64,000 bases of DNA from a bacterium. GTDB taxonomy: Bacteria; UBA8248. Of the stretch, positions 18,070 to 27,847 are shown one piece after another. The position numbers and the translations under genes were made by a program. Position 1 is the stretch's first letter. Every line of letters starts with the position of its first letter. The stretch lies in the NCBI GenBank assembly GCA_965219955.1, contig OZ244799.1:3168001-3232000 (forward strand), in the 5' to 3' direction. The notes beneath the pieces were generated by a model. That model made no database searches. It was given only the letters and a program-made list of their open reading frames with translations, and had not been told where the DNA came from.

Positions 18070-19001
18070 GGGCTTTCCCGTGGTGAATTCGCCCGCAGAA
18101 AGGCTTCCACCTCGCTCAGGCGGGGGAGTGCGGCCCTTCCCCCGAGGGCGGTACAGTTCATCGCGGCGACCGCGTTTGCGAAGCGCAACGTATCCTCAAG
18201 GCCCATCTTGCGCAATACGCCGTACAGGAATCCGCCATGAAACGCATCGCCCGCTCCCGTGGTGTCGAGAACGTCGACATGAAAGCCCGGCGATTCGTAA
18301 AACCGCGTCCCGTCGTATGCGAGCGCGCCGCGCGCGCCCAGGGTGACGCCCACCACCCCGGGACCCATCGCGTGGAGCATGCGCAAGGCTTCGCGGTGAT
18401 CGGAAACGCCGGTGAGCAGAACGGGAAAATCCTCCGCCGCGATCAGGTAATCCGTGAGTCCGATGAGGTCCTCGATTCCCTCGGGCGCTCGCTCGGCATC
18501 CAGGAACACGGGCGAATCCTCCTCGCGCGCCCACCGCGCGGCTGCGATTTCCGCCTCGACGTGGTGGCCATCCAGATGAAGGGCGCGGCCCGCGCGAACG
18601 ATCTCCTCGCGCACGTCTCCTGGAGCCAGAGAAACCTCACGCCGCCACAGGATCGTCCGCGAACCCTTTTCCTCCCCGTCGCCTTCCCGCTGCACGATGA
18701 TGAGGGCGAACTGGCTCGCGCGTCCTCGCTGCGTGACGACGCCTTCCACGTTCACGCCTTCCGTCTCCAGACTCGCAAGAGAAAACGCGCCCGCCTCGTC
18801 GTCGCCCACCGCGCCGATGTAGGCCGCACGCAAACCCAGGCGCGCCAGCGACGCCATGGCCGTCGCCGCCTGGCCGCCGCCTTCGCGCGCCATCTCCAGA
18901 ATGCCGCTCTTGGTATTCCGTCTCGGATATTCGCGCACGACGCAGAACTGATCCACGGAGTTCAGGCCGATTCCCACGGCGTCGAATTTTTTCTGCGGCA
19001 T
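18066..19001 (-). CDS. PfkB family carbohydrate kinase
   Basis: GGQAATA..LARLG, GAVGDD, VTLGARG, DTTGAGDAFHGG. Confidence 0.92.
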   Translation of the reverse strand: MPQKKFDAVGIGLNSVDQFCVVREYPRRNTKSGILEMAREGGGQAATAMASLARLGLRAAYIGAVGDDEAGAFSLASLETEGVNVEGVVTQRGRASQFALIIVQREGDGEEKGSRTILWRREVSLAPGDVREEIVRAGRALHLDGHHVEAEIAAARWAREEDSPVFLDAERAPEGIEDLIGLTDYLIAAEDFPVLLTGVSDHREALRMLHAMGPGVVGVTLGARGALAYDGTRFYESPGFHVDVLDTTGAGDAFHGGFLYGVLRKMGLEDTLRFANAVAAMNCTALGGRAALPRLSEVEAFLRANSPRESP

Positions 19002-19018
19002 GAAAGGAAGTTTCCGCT

Positions 19019-19771
19019 TCAGATGAATTCAAGCAGGCGAACGCCTTCGGGGTCTGCGGCGTGGAGTGCTGTGCGCTCGGCATCCGTGGGTTCGGGCGTG
19101 ATGGGCGCGGACTCCAGATCGCCCGGGTCGAACCCCGTGGCCGCGCGCAAGTCATCCGGCGCGACGCCCCGGTGAATCGACTTCACCCGCAGTCGTCCCT
19201 CCGCCTTCTCGAAAATGCACAAGGGGGTCACCACCGCATCCACGTTGCCCGAAGCCGTCACGAAGTCGCAGCGCTCGGGAAAGCTCTTCGCGTCGTGAGC
19301 CGTCCGCCACAGCACGGTTCGCCTGGCCGTGGGCAGAATGTGCGCGCTGCCCGCGCCGCCCGGCAGACGCACCTTGGGCGCAGCGGGGTCCCCGATGAAG
19401 GAGAGGTTCATGTCGCCCCGCGCGTCGATTTGCGCGCCTCCCAGAAACGCGAGCCCCAGCTTGCCCCGGGCGGAGAGATCGAAAATTTCCGTGAGGGTGA
19501 AATACGAAAGCGCGCCCTCCATGAGCTGCCGCGCCACGGTGGAGCCGGGAAGAAAAGAGGGCCTGGGGTCCACGCCGCCCGGTATGTTCAGGTAGGTCAG
19601 GTTCGGCGCATGGGTGTTCCGCGCCATGACGATCGCCGCCATCGGCAGCGGCGAGGCCACGCCATGGAACACGAGTTCCCCGTCGCGAATGAATCTGGAG
19701 AGAAAAACCGCCATCCTGTCCGCAGTGGCGCGCACTTTTTCGGACGCGCCTTCGCGCAAGGCGACGCTCAT
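19019..19771 (-). CDS. Family I CoA-transferase subunit B (glutaconate CoA-transferase-like)
   Basis: FLGGAQID..G.MN, RLPGGAGS, VVTPLCIF, ATGF; ATG at 19771 overlaps the subunit A stop. Confidence 0.85.
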   Translation of the reverse strand: MSVALREGASEKVRATADRMAVFLSRFIRDGELVFHGVASPLPMAAIVMARNTHAPNLTYLNIPGGVDPRPSFLPGSTVARQLMEGALSYFTLTEIFDLSARGKLGLAFLGGAQIDARGDMNLSFIGDPAAPKVRLPGGAGSAHILPTARRTVLWRTAHDAKSFPERCDFVTASGNVDAVVTPLCIFEKAEGRLRVKSIHRGVAPDDLRAATGFDPGDLESAPITPEPTDAERTALHAADPEGVRLLEFI

Positions 19772-20613
19772 GCAACGTCCCCGGAGGAGACCGACGCGCT
19801 TCCCGCGTAATCGCGCTCCTCCCAGGAGTCCAGGTGAGCGCGCAGGGGTTCCGCGCCGGACGCCGAATCGAGATACGCGCCCACGGCGTCCTCGTCGATA
19901 TCGTAGAATGGATGGCATCCCCCGGGCCGGGCGCCTCCCGGCGCGTGTACGACCGCCTGCACCATGAAGGCGGGAACCGCCGTTCTGTCGGGTTTCTCCA
20001 CGAAAAACGCGGTCTCCTCGATACGCTCCGCCGTGAGAATCACCGACTCGGCCGCTCTGGACATCAATACGTCCTCGAACGCGCCGCCCTCAATCCGCGC
20101 GTTCCCCTCCGCATCGGCATACGTCACATGGAGAATGGCGAACTTCGGCCTGATTCCGGGAACCATGTAGACCGACTCGACCGTGTAGGGGTCTTTCACC
20201 TGCCGGAAACCCGTATGCGCCGCCACGTCGCTCCCCTCCAGGCCCGCCACGGGCTGGCTCGGCAGACCGTAGGCGGAGGCCCTGAGACCCGCGATGACCG
20301 TGGAGCAGGCGTGTTCGACCGCCTGCACGCGGCCTTCCTCCACGCCCCGGCGGTAGGAGGGAGCGAGACCGAAGAGGTTCTCGAAGCCCACGTAGCCCGT
20401 CTGCACCTGCGCCACGGCCCCCGCCGCACACAGCAGGTCGACGTCATAGGCGCCGGCCGTCTTCACCAGACGCAAACCCTCCCGCCGCCGGCGGGCGAGT
20501 TCCCGGACGAAGGCGGCGGGAATTCTCGTAAGCGCGTTTCCGCCCAGGGCGAGCAAATCCCCATCCTGCACCAGGGCCGCCGCTTCCGTGAGAGACATGA
20601 TTTTGCCTGCCAT
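19768..20613 (-). CDS. Family I CoA-transferase subunit A (glutaconate CoA-transferase-like)
   Basis: KIMSLTEAAALVQDGD, GLRASAYGLP, ADAEGN, ILTAERI, PGGARP.GC..FYD.D. Confidence 0.85.
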   Translation of the reverse strand: MAGKIMSLTEAAALVQDGDLLALGGNALTRIPAAFVRELARRRREGLRLVKTAGAYDVDLLCAAGAVAQVQTGYVGFENLFGLAPSYRRGVEEGRVQAVEHACSTVIAGLRASAYGLPSQPVAGLEGSDVAAHTGFRQVKDPYTVESVYMVPGIRPKFAILHVTYADAEGNARIEGGAFEDVLMSRAAESVILTAERIEETAFFVEKPDRTAVPAFMVQAVVHAPGGARPGGCHPFYDIDEDAVGAYLDSASGAEPLRAHLDSWEERDYAGSASVSSGDVA

Positions 20614-20748
20614 TGATTCTTCCTCGCTTGGATAATCGCAAACCCGATTATCCCCCAGAGGCGCGCGCCCCTCAAGGCGGACGAGCCGACGCGCCCTGAA
20701 ATTCATCCATAACGGATTGAATTTCCTGAAAAACCCGATTTTATGCAT

Positions 20749-20777
20749 TTGACAAGATCATCCATCTTTCCTAGGCT
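20749..20777 (+). promoter_or_regulatory. sigma70-type promoter for scpAB
   Basis: TTGACA-17 nt-TAGGCT upstream of scpA. Confidence 0.6.
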
Positions 20778-20871
20778 TGTGAGCAACTTCAGGGCGATGG
20801 AGAGCCTCACCGCCCGTGGGCTCGTGAAATCGCCCGGAAAAGACCGCTCGGTCCGCCCATCCGGGGTGAGC

Positions 20872-21801
20872 ATGAATCCCCAAGAAAATACACCACCGCC
20901 AGAGGGCGTGGTTGCGCCTTCAGAGGCGACCGACTTCGCCGATCTGCCCTGGGGCAGTGACATGTCCGCGGGAAACCCCGATAACTGGGAAATCCTGGAG
21001 ACGGCGCGCACGCCCGAGTCAGGCCACACCAAGGGCCAGGAAACCGCTACCGGGGCTTCCGATGATTCCGAACGATTCAACGTCAAAATCGACGTCTTCG
21101 AAGGGCCGCTCGAACTGCTGCTCCACCTGGTGCGCGAGCACAAGCTGGACATCCACGATATTCCTGTCGCCTTCATCACGGATCAATACCTGAAATACGT
21201 GGAGCTGCTCAAAAAGCTGAACATCAACCTGGCGTCGGAATACCTCGTCATGGCCTCCTACCTGGTCTACATCAAGAGCAGAACGCTTCTGCCCCGGACC
21301 GAGGACGACGCGGAAGAGGAAGACCCCGAAGTCCTGCGCCAGGAACTCCAGCGTCAACTCATCGAGTACCAGAAATTCAAGAAAATCAGCCAGGTGTTCC
21401 GCCATGCCGAGGAGGAGCAATCCTGGCTCTATACGCGGGGCGCCGACCCTCTCCTGCTGGAGGATGACGAGGAAGAAGAAGCGCCCGAGCTGCAAGTCAC
21501 GGTGTTCGACCTCATCAGCGCCATGCAGCACCTCATCGAGTCCATCGGGGAAGAGGGCATCCATCTCGTGGACATCGATGAGCTCGAAGTCGCCGACATG
21601 AGAACAAAGCTGCTGGATACCCTCGAAGACGCAGGGAAAGAGGGTATCTTTTTTCATTCATTGTTCCAGACGAGGCGCATACTGGAAGTGGTGGCGATAT
21701 TCCTGGCGCTCCTCGAACTCATCAAGGGAAATCTCGTCGTGGCGCAACAGGCGTCCAATTTCGGTGAAATCCGAATTACAAAGGCGGTGCGTGATGAATG
21801 A
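20872..21801 (+). CDS. scpA: Segregation and condensation protein A (kleisin)
   Basis: FEGPLELLLHLV, ITDQYL.Y, ASEYLVMA, IKSRTLLP, FLALLELIK; start codon uncertain (20797, 20872 or 20962). Confidence 0.93.
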   Translation: MNPQENTPPPEGVVAPSEATDFADLPWGSDMSAGNPDNWEILETARTPESGHTKGQETATGASDDSERFNVKIDVFEGPLELLLHLVREHKLDIHDIPVAFITDQYLKYVELLKKLNINLASEYLVMASYLVYIKSRTLLPRTEDDAEEEDPEVLRQELQRQLIEYQKFKKISQVFRHAEEEQSWLYTRGADPLLLEDDEEEEAPELQVTVFDLISAMQHLIESIGEEGIHLVDIDELEVADMRTKLLDTLEDAGKEGIFFHSLFQTRRILEVVAIFLALLELIKGNLVVAQQASNFGEIRITKAVRDE

Positions 21802-22816
21802 TCCACAACCGGAAATCCAGGAAACAGCGCAGGTGGAAACCGGCGTTCCCTACGAACTCGAGGAAGATGAGGCGTCAGCCCCGGACGCCGCGGCCAGGGC
21901 TCTGGCGGAGCATCAGATGGAAGCCATGGAGGAGCCTCGCCAGCATACGCTCTTCGAGATCGATGAGTCGCAAGAGCACGCCGGGATGGCCGAAGATGCG
22001 TCCGAAGATGATGACGCCGGAGAAGTCGACAAGGACGCGCCTCTCGTCATGGACCCGGACGAGGCGAAAAAAATCATCGAATCCGTTCTCTTCGTCGCGA
22101 GCGAACCGCTCAGGCCGCGGGACATCTCTTTCCTGTTCAAGGGCGTCTCCAACGTGAACGCTAAAGTCGTCCGAAAACTCCTGGGCGAACTGGTCGAGGA
22201 ATACCGGGAAAAAACCCTGCAGATCATCGAAGTGGCCGAGGGTTTCCGCCTGTGCACGCGCGCGGAATTCTCACCCTGGGTCAAGCGGTTCCTGAAAACG
22301 GCGAAAAAAACCAAACTGTCCCAGGCGGCGCTCGAAACCCTGGCCATCCTTGCCTACAAGCAGCCCATGACCAAAGCGGAAATCGAAGAGGTCCGGCGGG
22401 TGGATTGCGGCGGCGTACTGAACACCCTGCTCGAGCGCGGCCTCATCCGCATCCTGGGACGACGCGACGTCGTGGGCCGGCCCATCGTCTACGGCACCAC
22501 GCCGCAGTTCCTGGAGCATTTCGGCTTCAAGAGCCTCTCGGACATGCCGAAGCCCGAGGAGTTCGAAATGACCGAGCGGATCGACTGGGGGCCGGCGGAA
22601 GGCCAGGAAGAGATAATCGCGCTAGAAGCCGAGGCGGAGACGCCGCCGTCGAACGGCCATGCAAACGGTCACTCGAACGGACATACGAATGGCCACGCAA
22701 ACGGCCATGCGGACGAGGGGGCCGAGCGGGATGACGCCCCGGCGCAAGCGGAGGCATCGCCATCGAACGGCCAGGCGGATAAAGACCCCGAAAAGGAGGC
22801 GGAGACCACCTCCTGA
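21794..22816 (+). CDS. scpB: Segregation and condensation protein B
   Basis: IESVLFVASEPL, LSQAALETLAILAYKQPMTKAEIEEVRRV, GRPIVYGTT..FLEHFG; long acidic tails at both ends. Confidence 0.95.
   Translation: MNDPQPEIQETAQVETGVPYELEEDEASAPDAAARALAEHQMEAMEEPRQHTLFEIDESQEHAGMAEDASEDDDAGEVDKDAPLVMDPDEAKKIIESVLFVASEPLRPRDISFLFKGVSNVNAKVVRKLLGELVEEYREKTLQIIEVAEGFRLCTRAEFSPWVKRFLKTAKKTKLSQAALETLAILAYKQPMTKAEIEEVRRVDCGGVLNTLLERGLIRILGRRDVVGRPIVYGTTPQFLEHFGFKSLSDMPKPEEFEMTERIDWGPAEGQEEIIALEAEAETPPSNGHANGHSNGHTNGHANGHADEGAERDDAPAQAEASPSNGQADKDPEKEAETTS
22652..22711 (+). repeat. Five degenerate 12-bp tandem units encoding (NGHx)5 in the ScpB tail
   Basis: aacggccatgca aacggtcactcg aacggacatacg aatggccacgca aacggccatgcg. 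Confidence 0.85.
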
Positions 22817-22842
22817 CGAAAACCCCGGGATTCTGGTACAAC

Positions 22843-22881
22843 AAAAGGAGGAGAGCCTGGGCTTTCCTCCTTTTTCTTTTT
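22843..22881 (+). terminator. Intrinsic terminator after scpB
   Basis: GGAGGAGAGC-CTGG-GCTTTCCTCC followed by TTTTTCTTTTT. Confidence 0.7.
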
Positions 22882-22923
22882 CCATGCACGGCGGGAACCG
22901 AGTCTTTCCAGGAAGGATGGAAC

Positions 22924-23868
22924 ATGCGTTTCGGAATCATGGCGACAGGGGGCGTGGGCGGCTATTTCGGCGCCATGTTGGCGAGGGGCGGCAAGGACGT
23001 CGCCTTCATCGCGCGCGGAGAACACCTCGAAGCCATGCGGAAAGAGGGACTCCGCGTGGAAAGCGTCGTGCCCGGAGAATTCAGCGTGCGTGATGGGGTG
23101 TTTACGGACTCGCCTGCGGAAGCGGGCGTCTGCGACGTCATCCTCTATTGCGTGAAAACGACCGCCGACGGCGTCGCCGTTCCCGCCATCGCGCCCATGG
23201 TCGGTCCGGACACCGCCATCATCAACCTGCAAAACGGCGTGGGGGGTGAAGAGAAACTGGCGGCCGTCTACGGTGCTGAGCGCGTGATGGGCGGGGCAGC
23301 CTACATATTCACCTCCATCGCGGGGCCGGGCCTCATCCGGCAAATCGGGGGGCCGAGGCGCATGGTTTTCGGCGAGATGGGCGGCGGCGCGAGCGGGCGC
23401 GGCGATGGGATATTCGCCGAACTGAAAGACGCTGAGATCAACGCGGTATATTCAGAAGACATCGAGGCGGAGCTTTGGACGAAGTTCATCTTCATCTGCG
23501 CGGTCGGCGGAATGACGGCGCTCACGCGCTCCACCCTCGGCGAGATCATGGCCTACGAGGGCACGCGAAACATGATGCGCGAGACGATGCGCGAGGTCTT
23601 TCTGGTGGGCCGGGCGAAGGGCGTGAACCTCCCCGAGGGGGCGGACGAGGGACGCTACCGCTTCATCGACGAGCAGAACCCGGCCAGCAAGGGCAGCCTG
23701 TGTCATGACCTCGAAGCCGGCAGACGCCTCGAGATCGACGCGCTGTGCGGAACCGTCTCGCGCATCGGGGCGGAGGTGGGCGTCGAGACGCCGTGCAACG
23801 ATTTCATCTCACACACCCTGAAACTCGCCGACCTTCAAATCGCGGGCGAGGTGAAACCTCCATCATAA
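22924..23868 (+). CDS. panE: Ketopantoate reductase family
   Basis: GGVGGYFG, IARGEHL, LQNG, LWTKF, SL..DL.AGR.LEIDAL.G. Confidence 0.9.
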   Translation: MRFGIMATGGVGGYFGAMLARGGKDVAFIARGEHLEAMRKEGLRVESVVPGEFSVRDGVFTDSPAEAGVCDVILYCVKTTADGVAVPAIAPMVGPDTAIINLQNGVGGEEKLAAVYGAERVMGGAAYIFTSIAGPGLIRQIGGPRRMVFGEMGGGASGRGDGIFAELKDAEINAVYSEDIEAELWTKFIFICAVGGMTALTRSTLGEIMAYEGTRNMMRETMREVFLVGRAKGVNLPEGADEGRYRFIDEQNPASKGSLCHDLEAGRRLEIDALCGTVSRIGAEVGVETPCNDFISHTLKLADLQIAGEVKPPS

Positions 23869-23964
23869 GCGCGCCGCTCTCTCATATTTCACCATCTGCC
23901 GCGACGTGGTAGTCTTGCCGGAACCCGGATTTCATTCGCAACAACACATGGAGATGCGCTTTCG

Positions 23965-24432
23965 ATGGCACGAAAATACTGGCTCATGAAGAGCGAACCG
24001 GACGCTTATTCGTTCGACGACCTCATGGCGGAGCCCGAGCAGACCGCCTGCTGGGACGGCATCCGGAACTACCAGGCCAGAAATTTCATGATGGAGATGA
24101 AGGTGGGCGACTACGTGCTCTTCTACCATTCGAACGCGAAGCCGCCCCACGTGGCGGGCACCGCCCGGGTGGCGCGGGAGTCCTACCCCGATCACACCCA
24201 GTACGACAAGAAATCCAAGTACTACGACCCGAAAGCCCCCGCCGACGCCCCGCGCTGGCAGATGGTGGATTTGCAGGCGATGGAAAAACTCCCCCGGCCC
24301 GTCTCGCTGAACGAGCTCAAGGAGAACCCCAAGCTGGCCGAAATGCGCGTCACCCAGAAAGGGCAGCGCCTGAGCGTTCAGCCCGTGACCAGAAAGGAAT
24401 TCGACGAAGTGCTGCGAATGGCGAAGAAGTAG
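23965..24432 (+). CDS. EVE domain protein
   Basis: YWLMKSEP, WDGIRNYQARN, FYHSN, YYDPK, RLSVQPV. Confidence 0.95.
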   Translation: MARKYWLMKSEPDAYSFDDLMAEPEQTACWDGIRNYQARNFMMEMKVGDYVLFYHSNAKPPHVAGTARVARESYPDHTQYDKKSKYYDPKAPADAPRWQMVDLQAMEKLPRPVSLNELKENPKLAEMRVTQKGQRLSVQPVTRKEFDEVLRMAKK

Positions 24433-24464
24433 CGTCTAAGAAAACATTTTTGAGCAGGGAATCC

Positions 24465-24899
24465 TTACTTTTTCTTGAGTCTGGCTGCGGAGTTACCCGG
24501 GCCCGCATAAAGTAAATAACGCGTACCTTTGGGCGCATCGTCCAATTCATACAGCTTTTCCCTTACGTCTAAAATCGCACACGCCTTCTCCAACTGCTCT
24601 TTATTGTGAAGTTTTCCACTTATCAATATATGAGTAATGCCATTCTCCCTGCACACAATAGGCAAGGGCGTTCCCTTTCTTCGACTACCAGAACCTCTGT
24701 CAGCAGAGATAACTATCCAACCTTCACCAGCCAGTCTCGGCACCCAGGACTCATCCCGCAAACCTTCTCCAGAATAATCAGCAATCAGGTGCGCAGTTTC
24801 TATATTTCTGGTTTTCGAGAGTTTCAATAAAGCTGAAAGCGCTCTGTAAAGGCGCGCGCCTATATTCTCATCGAAAAACAATTTGAGGGAGTTTCTCAC
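24465..24899 (-). CDS. PIN-like domain toxin (VapC45-type)
   Basis: KLFFDENI, D..WV......GWIVIS.D; GTG start overlaps the upstream stop; AT-rich. Confidence 0.75.
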   Translation of the reverse strand: MRNSLKLFFDENIGARLYRALSALLKLSKTRNIETAHLIADYSGEGLRDESWVPRLAGEGWIVISADRGSGSRRKGTPLPIVCRENGITHILISGKLHNKEQLEKACAILDVREKLYELDDAPKGTRYLLYAGPGNSAARLKKK

Positions 24900-25630
24900 G
24901 CGGCTATATGGTGTGCTGTCGATGGTGTTAAGTGATCAATATATCTACAGGCAATATCCACATCTTCAGGCTCAACCTCATACATATCGGCTGCAGCTTC
25001 GATGCTTCCTTCCGTGATACTGGCTTCATACAGCGTTTGTGGTGTGATCCCACACGACTCCACTAACGGCTCACCAAATCTCTTTTCTGGATGCAAAACA
25101 ATCTTCTTGACCTTATTTTTATAAGGTCGACTAAATGCAGTATAGAACTCTACCAATCCATCGGGTTTGAATTTCAGGTCCTGCATATAAACTTCGACAA
25201 CCCGCCTCAAAGCAAATTGACCTTTAGAGTTGCCGGATACAGCAGTGTAAAAATTGTCCTCGGATTCATCCTGTTGGCGAATATAAAGGGTCTTTTGAAA
25301 CAGGTAGGCCACATGCTCACGCGCAAAAGGATGACCGATTCCGTATCTATCCTGAAACTCTTTGATGCCATCACGGATATTCTGCAGCGGAACTTTATAC
25401 TTGTAACGCAATTCCCGAACGGCCAGCATTTGAACGAAATCAAGAAATGAAATTACCCGCTCGTCTTTCAATTCCAATTCGGGAGAAAATATTTTTTCAC
25501 CCTGCTTGTTCCCGAAAAACCATCTATTGATGAGACGCGTCTGGACACGCGCATAAAATGCGGCTTCGGCGGGTGTGTAAATTCCCCTGCCAACCAACTT
25601 ACATGGAGATTCATTTCCCATAGGCGCCAC
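24896..25630 (-). CDS. DUF433-containing antitoxin (VapB45-type)
   Basis: N-terminal YTPAEAA HTH, SFLDFV, C-terminal P.KRFGEP.V..GI...AA..YEV...DV..A DUF433 pattern. Confidence 0.8.
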   Translation of the reverse strand: MAPMGNESPCKLVGRGIYTPAEAAFYARVQTRLINRWFFGNKQGEKIFSPELELKDERVISFLDFVQMLAVRELRYKYKVPLQNIRDGIKEFQDRYGIGHPFAREHVAYLFQKTLYIRQQDESEDNFYTAVSGNSKGQFALRRVVEVYMQDLKFKPDGLVEFYTAFSRPYKNKVKKIVLHPEKRFGEPLVESCGITPQTLYEASITEGSIEAAADMYEVEPEDVDIACRYIDHLTPSTAHHIAA

Positions 25631-25792
25631 CTAAGTTCCTTGAAGTTCAAATGAACTCCTGAATGATATTTCAACGACTGCGAAAAGACAATGGTAGCGC
25701 CGGACTAACACGATCAAACAACGAAATACCTGCGCGATTGCGCAACATGATTCTTGATTTTCATTTTTTGAGTGCTGTAATTGTTCCTGAGC

Positions 25793-27211
25793 CTAGCTCG
25801 CCAATTGTTGTTTCATCGCCTCGAAATCGGCTTCGTAGAAGAACTCCTTCTCTCCGAAGGCCGGCTTGAGGCCGGTGAGCCAGGTGGCGTTTTCGTCGTA
25901 CTCGGCGAAGAAGACGCGGCCCAGCCACTCGGGGTTTCTCGCCTGGAGGAACTGAAGCGCGATGATGCGCTCGCCGCGGATCTCCTCTATCCCCAGGACC
26001 TGCACCTTGCCGGGCGCCGCGCTCATCGAGGGCCCCCGCGCGGTGCGCGCCAGACCGGACACCTGGGAGTACGCCTTCCGGTAGATCGCGTGAGCCTCCA
26101 CCAGGGGCAATTCGAAGTAGCGCTTGGCGCCCGTGTCCCTCTCGACGAACATGTAATAGGGGATCAGGCCCAGCCGCACCTGCTCCTTCCACATGCGCGC
26201 CCACATGTCCGCGTCGTCGTTGATGTGCTTGAGAAGCGGCGCCTGCGTCCTGATGACGGCGCCCGTATCCCGCACCCTTCTGATGGCCTCGCGCACCATC
26301 GGGGTCGAGACCTCACGCTCGTGATTGAAGTGCGCCATGATGGCGATGTGCTTGCCGCCCTTCACCATCTTCTCGAAAAGGCGAAGCGCATCGTCCGCGT
26401 CGGCGTCCGAGGTGAAGCGATACGGCCAGAAGGTCAGCGCCTTCGTGCCGATGCGTATGTCGCGGATGTGCGCGAAGCGCGAATCATCCAGCAGGGGCTC
26501 CATATAGCCCTCGAGCGCCTTGGTCTTCATGATCATGGGGTCGCCGCCGGTGAAGAGGACGTCCGTCACCTCCTTATGCTCGGCGAGATACCTGTGCAGG
26601 ATGTCCGCATCCGTGGAGATGAAGCGAAGTTCCTTGTCGCCCACGAACTGCGCCCAGCGGAAACAGAACGTGCAGTAGGCGTGGCACGTCTGTCCCTGGC
26701 CGGGGAAGAAGAGCACCGTCTCGTGGTATTTGTGCTGCATGCCCTCTACGTGTTCTTCGTCGAGGACGGGCACGTTAAGCGTCTGCTGCCCGGCGGGGTG
26801 GGGGTTCAGGCCGGCCCTGATCTCGTGGATGGCGGCGTTGAGTTGCTCCTTGGGCGCGTCCCGCCTCAAGAGGTCCGCCACGGAATCGAAATCCTCTTTC
26901 GAGATCATCCCCTCCTGGGGAAAAGAGAGCTGGAACAGGGGATCCTCGGGCACGTTGTCCCAGTCGATGAGGTTCTCCACCATGTAGCGGTTCGTGCGGA
27001 AGGGCAGCACGTGCCCCACCACCTTCATGCTGAAGCGAATGTCATCGGGGAGGCTCTGCAACTCGGGGACTTTGTCGATTTGCTGGACCACGATCGGCTT
27101 GTAGCGTGGCGGGTCGATGGACAGCAGGTTCTGGCCGTTCGGACCGCCGTTCTGGGCTTTTGGCGTCCCCGCCTCGGCAGGAACGGGATTCTCTGAAGAA
27201 GATGTGTTCAT
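25793..27211 (-). CDS. kamA: KamA-family radical SAM aminomutase (lysine 2,3-aminomutase-like)
   Basis: HKY..TVL, CHAYCTFCFR, LFTGGDPM, RIGTK, HFNH, PYYMF, PGKV (PLP lysine). Confidence 0.88.
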   Translation of the reverse strand: MNTSSSENPVPAEAGTPKAQNGGPNGQNLLSIDPPRYKPIVVQQIDKVPELQSLPDDIRFSMKVVGHVLPFRTNRYMVENLIDWDNVPEDPLFQLSFPQEGMISKEDFDSVADLLRRDAPKEQLNAAIHEIRAGLNPHPAGQQTLNVPVLDEEHVEGMQHKYHETVLFFPGQGQTCHAYCTFCFRWAQFVGDKELRFISTDADILHRYLAEHKEVTDVLFTGGDPMIMKTKALEGYMEPLLDDSRFAHIRDIRIGTKALTFWPYRFTSDADADDALRLFEKMVKGGKHIAIMAHFNHEREVSTPMVREAIRRVRDTGAVIRTQAPLLKHINDDADMWARMWKEQVRLGLIPYYMFVERDTGAKRYFELPLVEAHAIYRKAYSQVSGLARTARGPSMSAAPGKVQVLGIEEIRGERIIALQFLQARNPEWLGRVFFAEYDENATWLTGLKPAFGEKEFFYEADFEAMKQQLAS

Positions 27212-27604
27212 TTTCTGGCCCTCCAGGCTATGTCCAACGGGACTCGAGACAGGATTCGAAATTTCTCCGTGGGCGTCATGTCGATAAATCGCCGGCCATC
27301 GATGTCATGCCGTCATCAATGCACCGGATTCTTCCTTCTCTATAATAGATGATACCCCCGACTTTGAAAACATGCCACAAATTATGCTCCGTCTTTTCTT
27401 GGGAAAACCGGTATTTTCTGAAAAAATGAAAGCGTATCGAAAAATATGAGCAGAAAACCCCCGCCCATCCCTCATCCGGCGAAGAGGTGGTGTCTTTTCG
27501 CTCCTTCAGGGGCGGTTGAAAAAGTCCTGGTTTCGTGATTCCACGTACCGAGCCGACCATGGAGGGATGAAACATTACTCCCCCCTTGCAGAGCGCCAAT
27601 CAAT

Positions 27605-27767
27605 CACTCCCCCCTTGAGGGGGAGTCGAAGAGCTAAGGGCGTAAGCCCTCAAGCGATTCGGTGGGGGGTATAATTCGGAATGGCAATAAAACGCGATTC
27701 ACCCCCCACCGATTCAGCCTTCGCACAAACCGCTCGGCTTCATCGACTCCCCCTCAAGGGGGGAGTG
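27605..27767. mobile_element. MITE-like element family A, copy 2
   Basis: TIRs CACTCCCCCCTTGAGGGGGAGTCGA / TCGACTCCCCCTCAAGGGGGGAGTG; lies inside a shell spanning about 27508-27846. Confidence 0.85.
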
Positions 27768-27847
27768 AATCTTACTCTTTCATTGGTCGCGTCAAATCCT
27801 CGTTAATCGGGGTTTTCCCTTGGCAAGGGCTTTCTCACCAGCCCCCT

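Noticed and set aside
23965-25630. EVE plus PIN as a modification-dependent defence unit
   Set aside because: The genes are convergent and differ in composition, and the EVE protein is the ordinary stand-alone type.
27212-27500. Lysine riboswitch or ncRNA upstream of kamA
   Set aside because: No AGAGG-initiated L-box core or terminator was recognisable.
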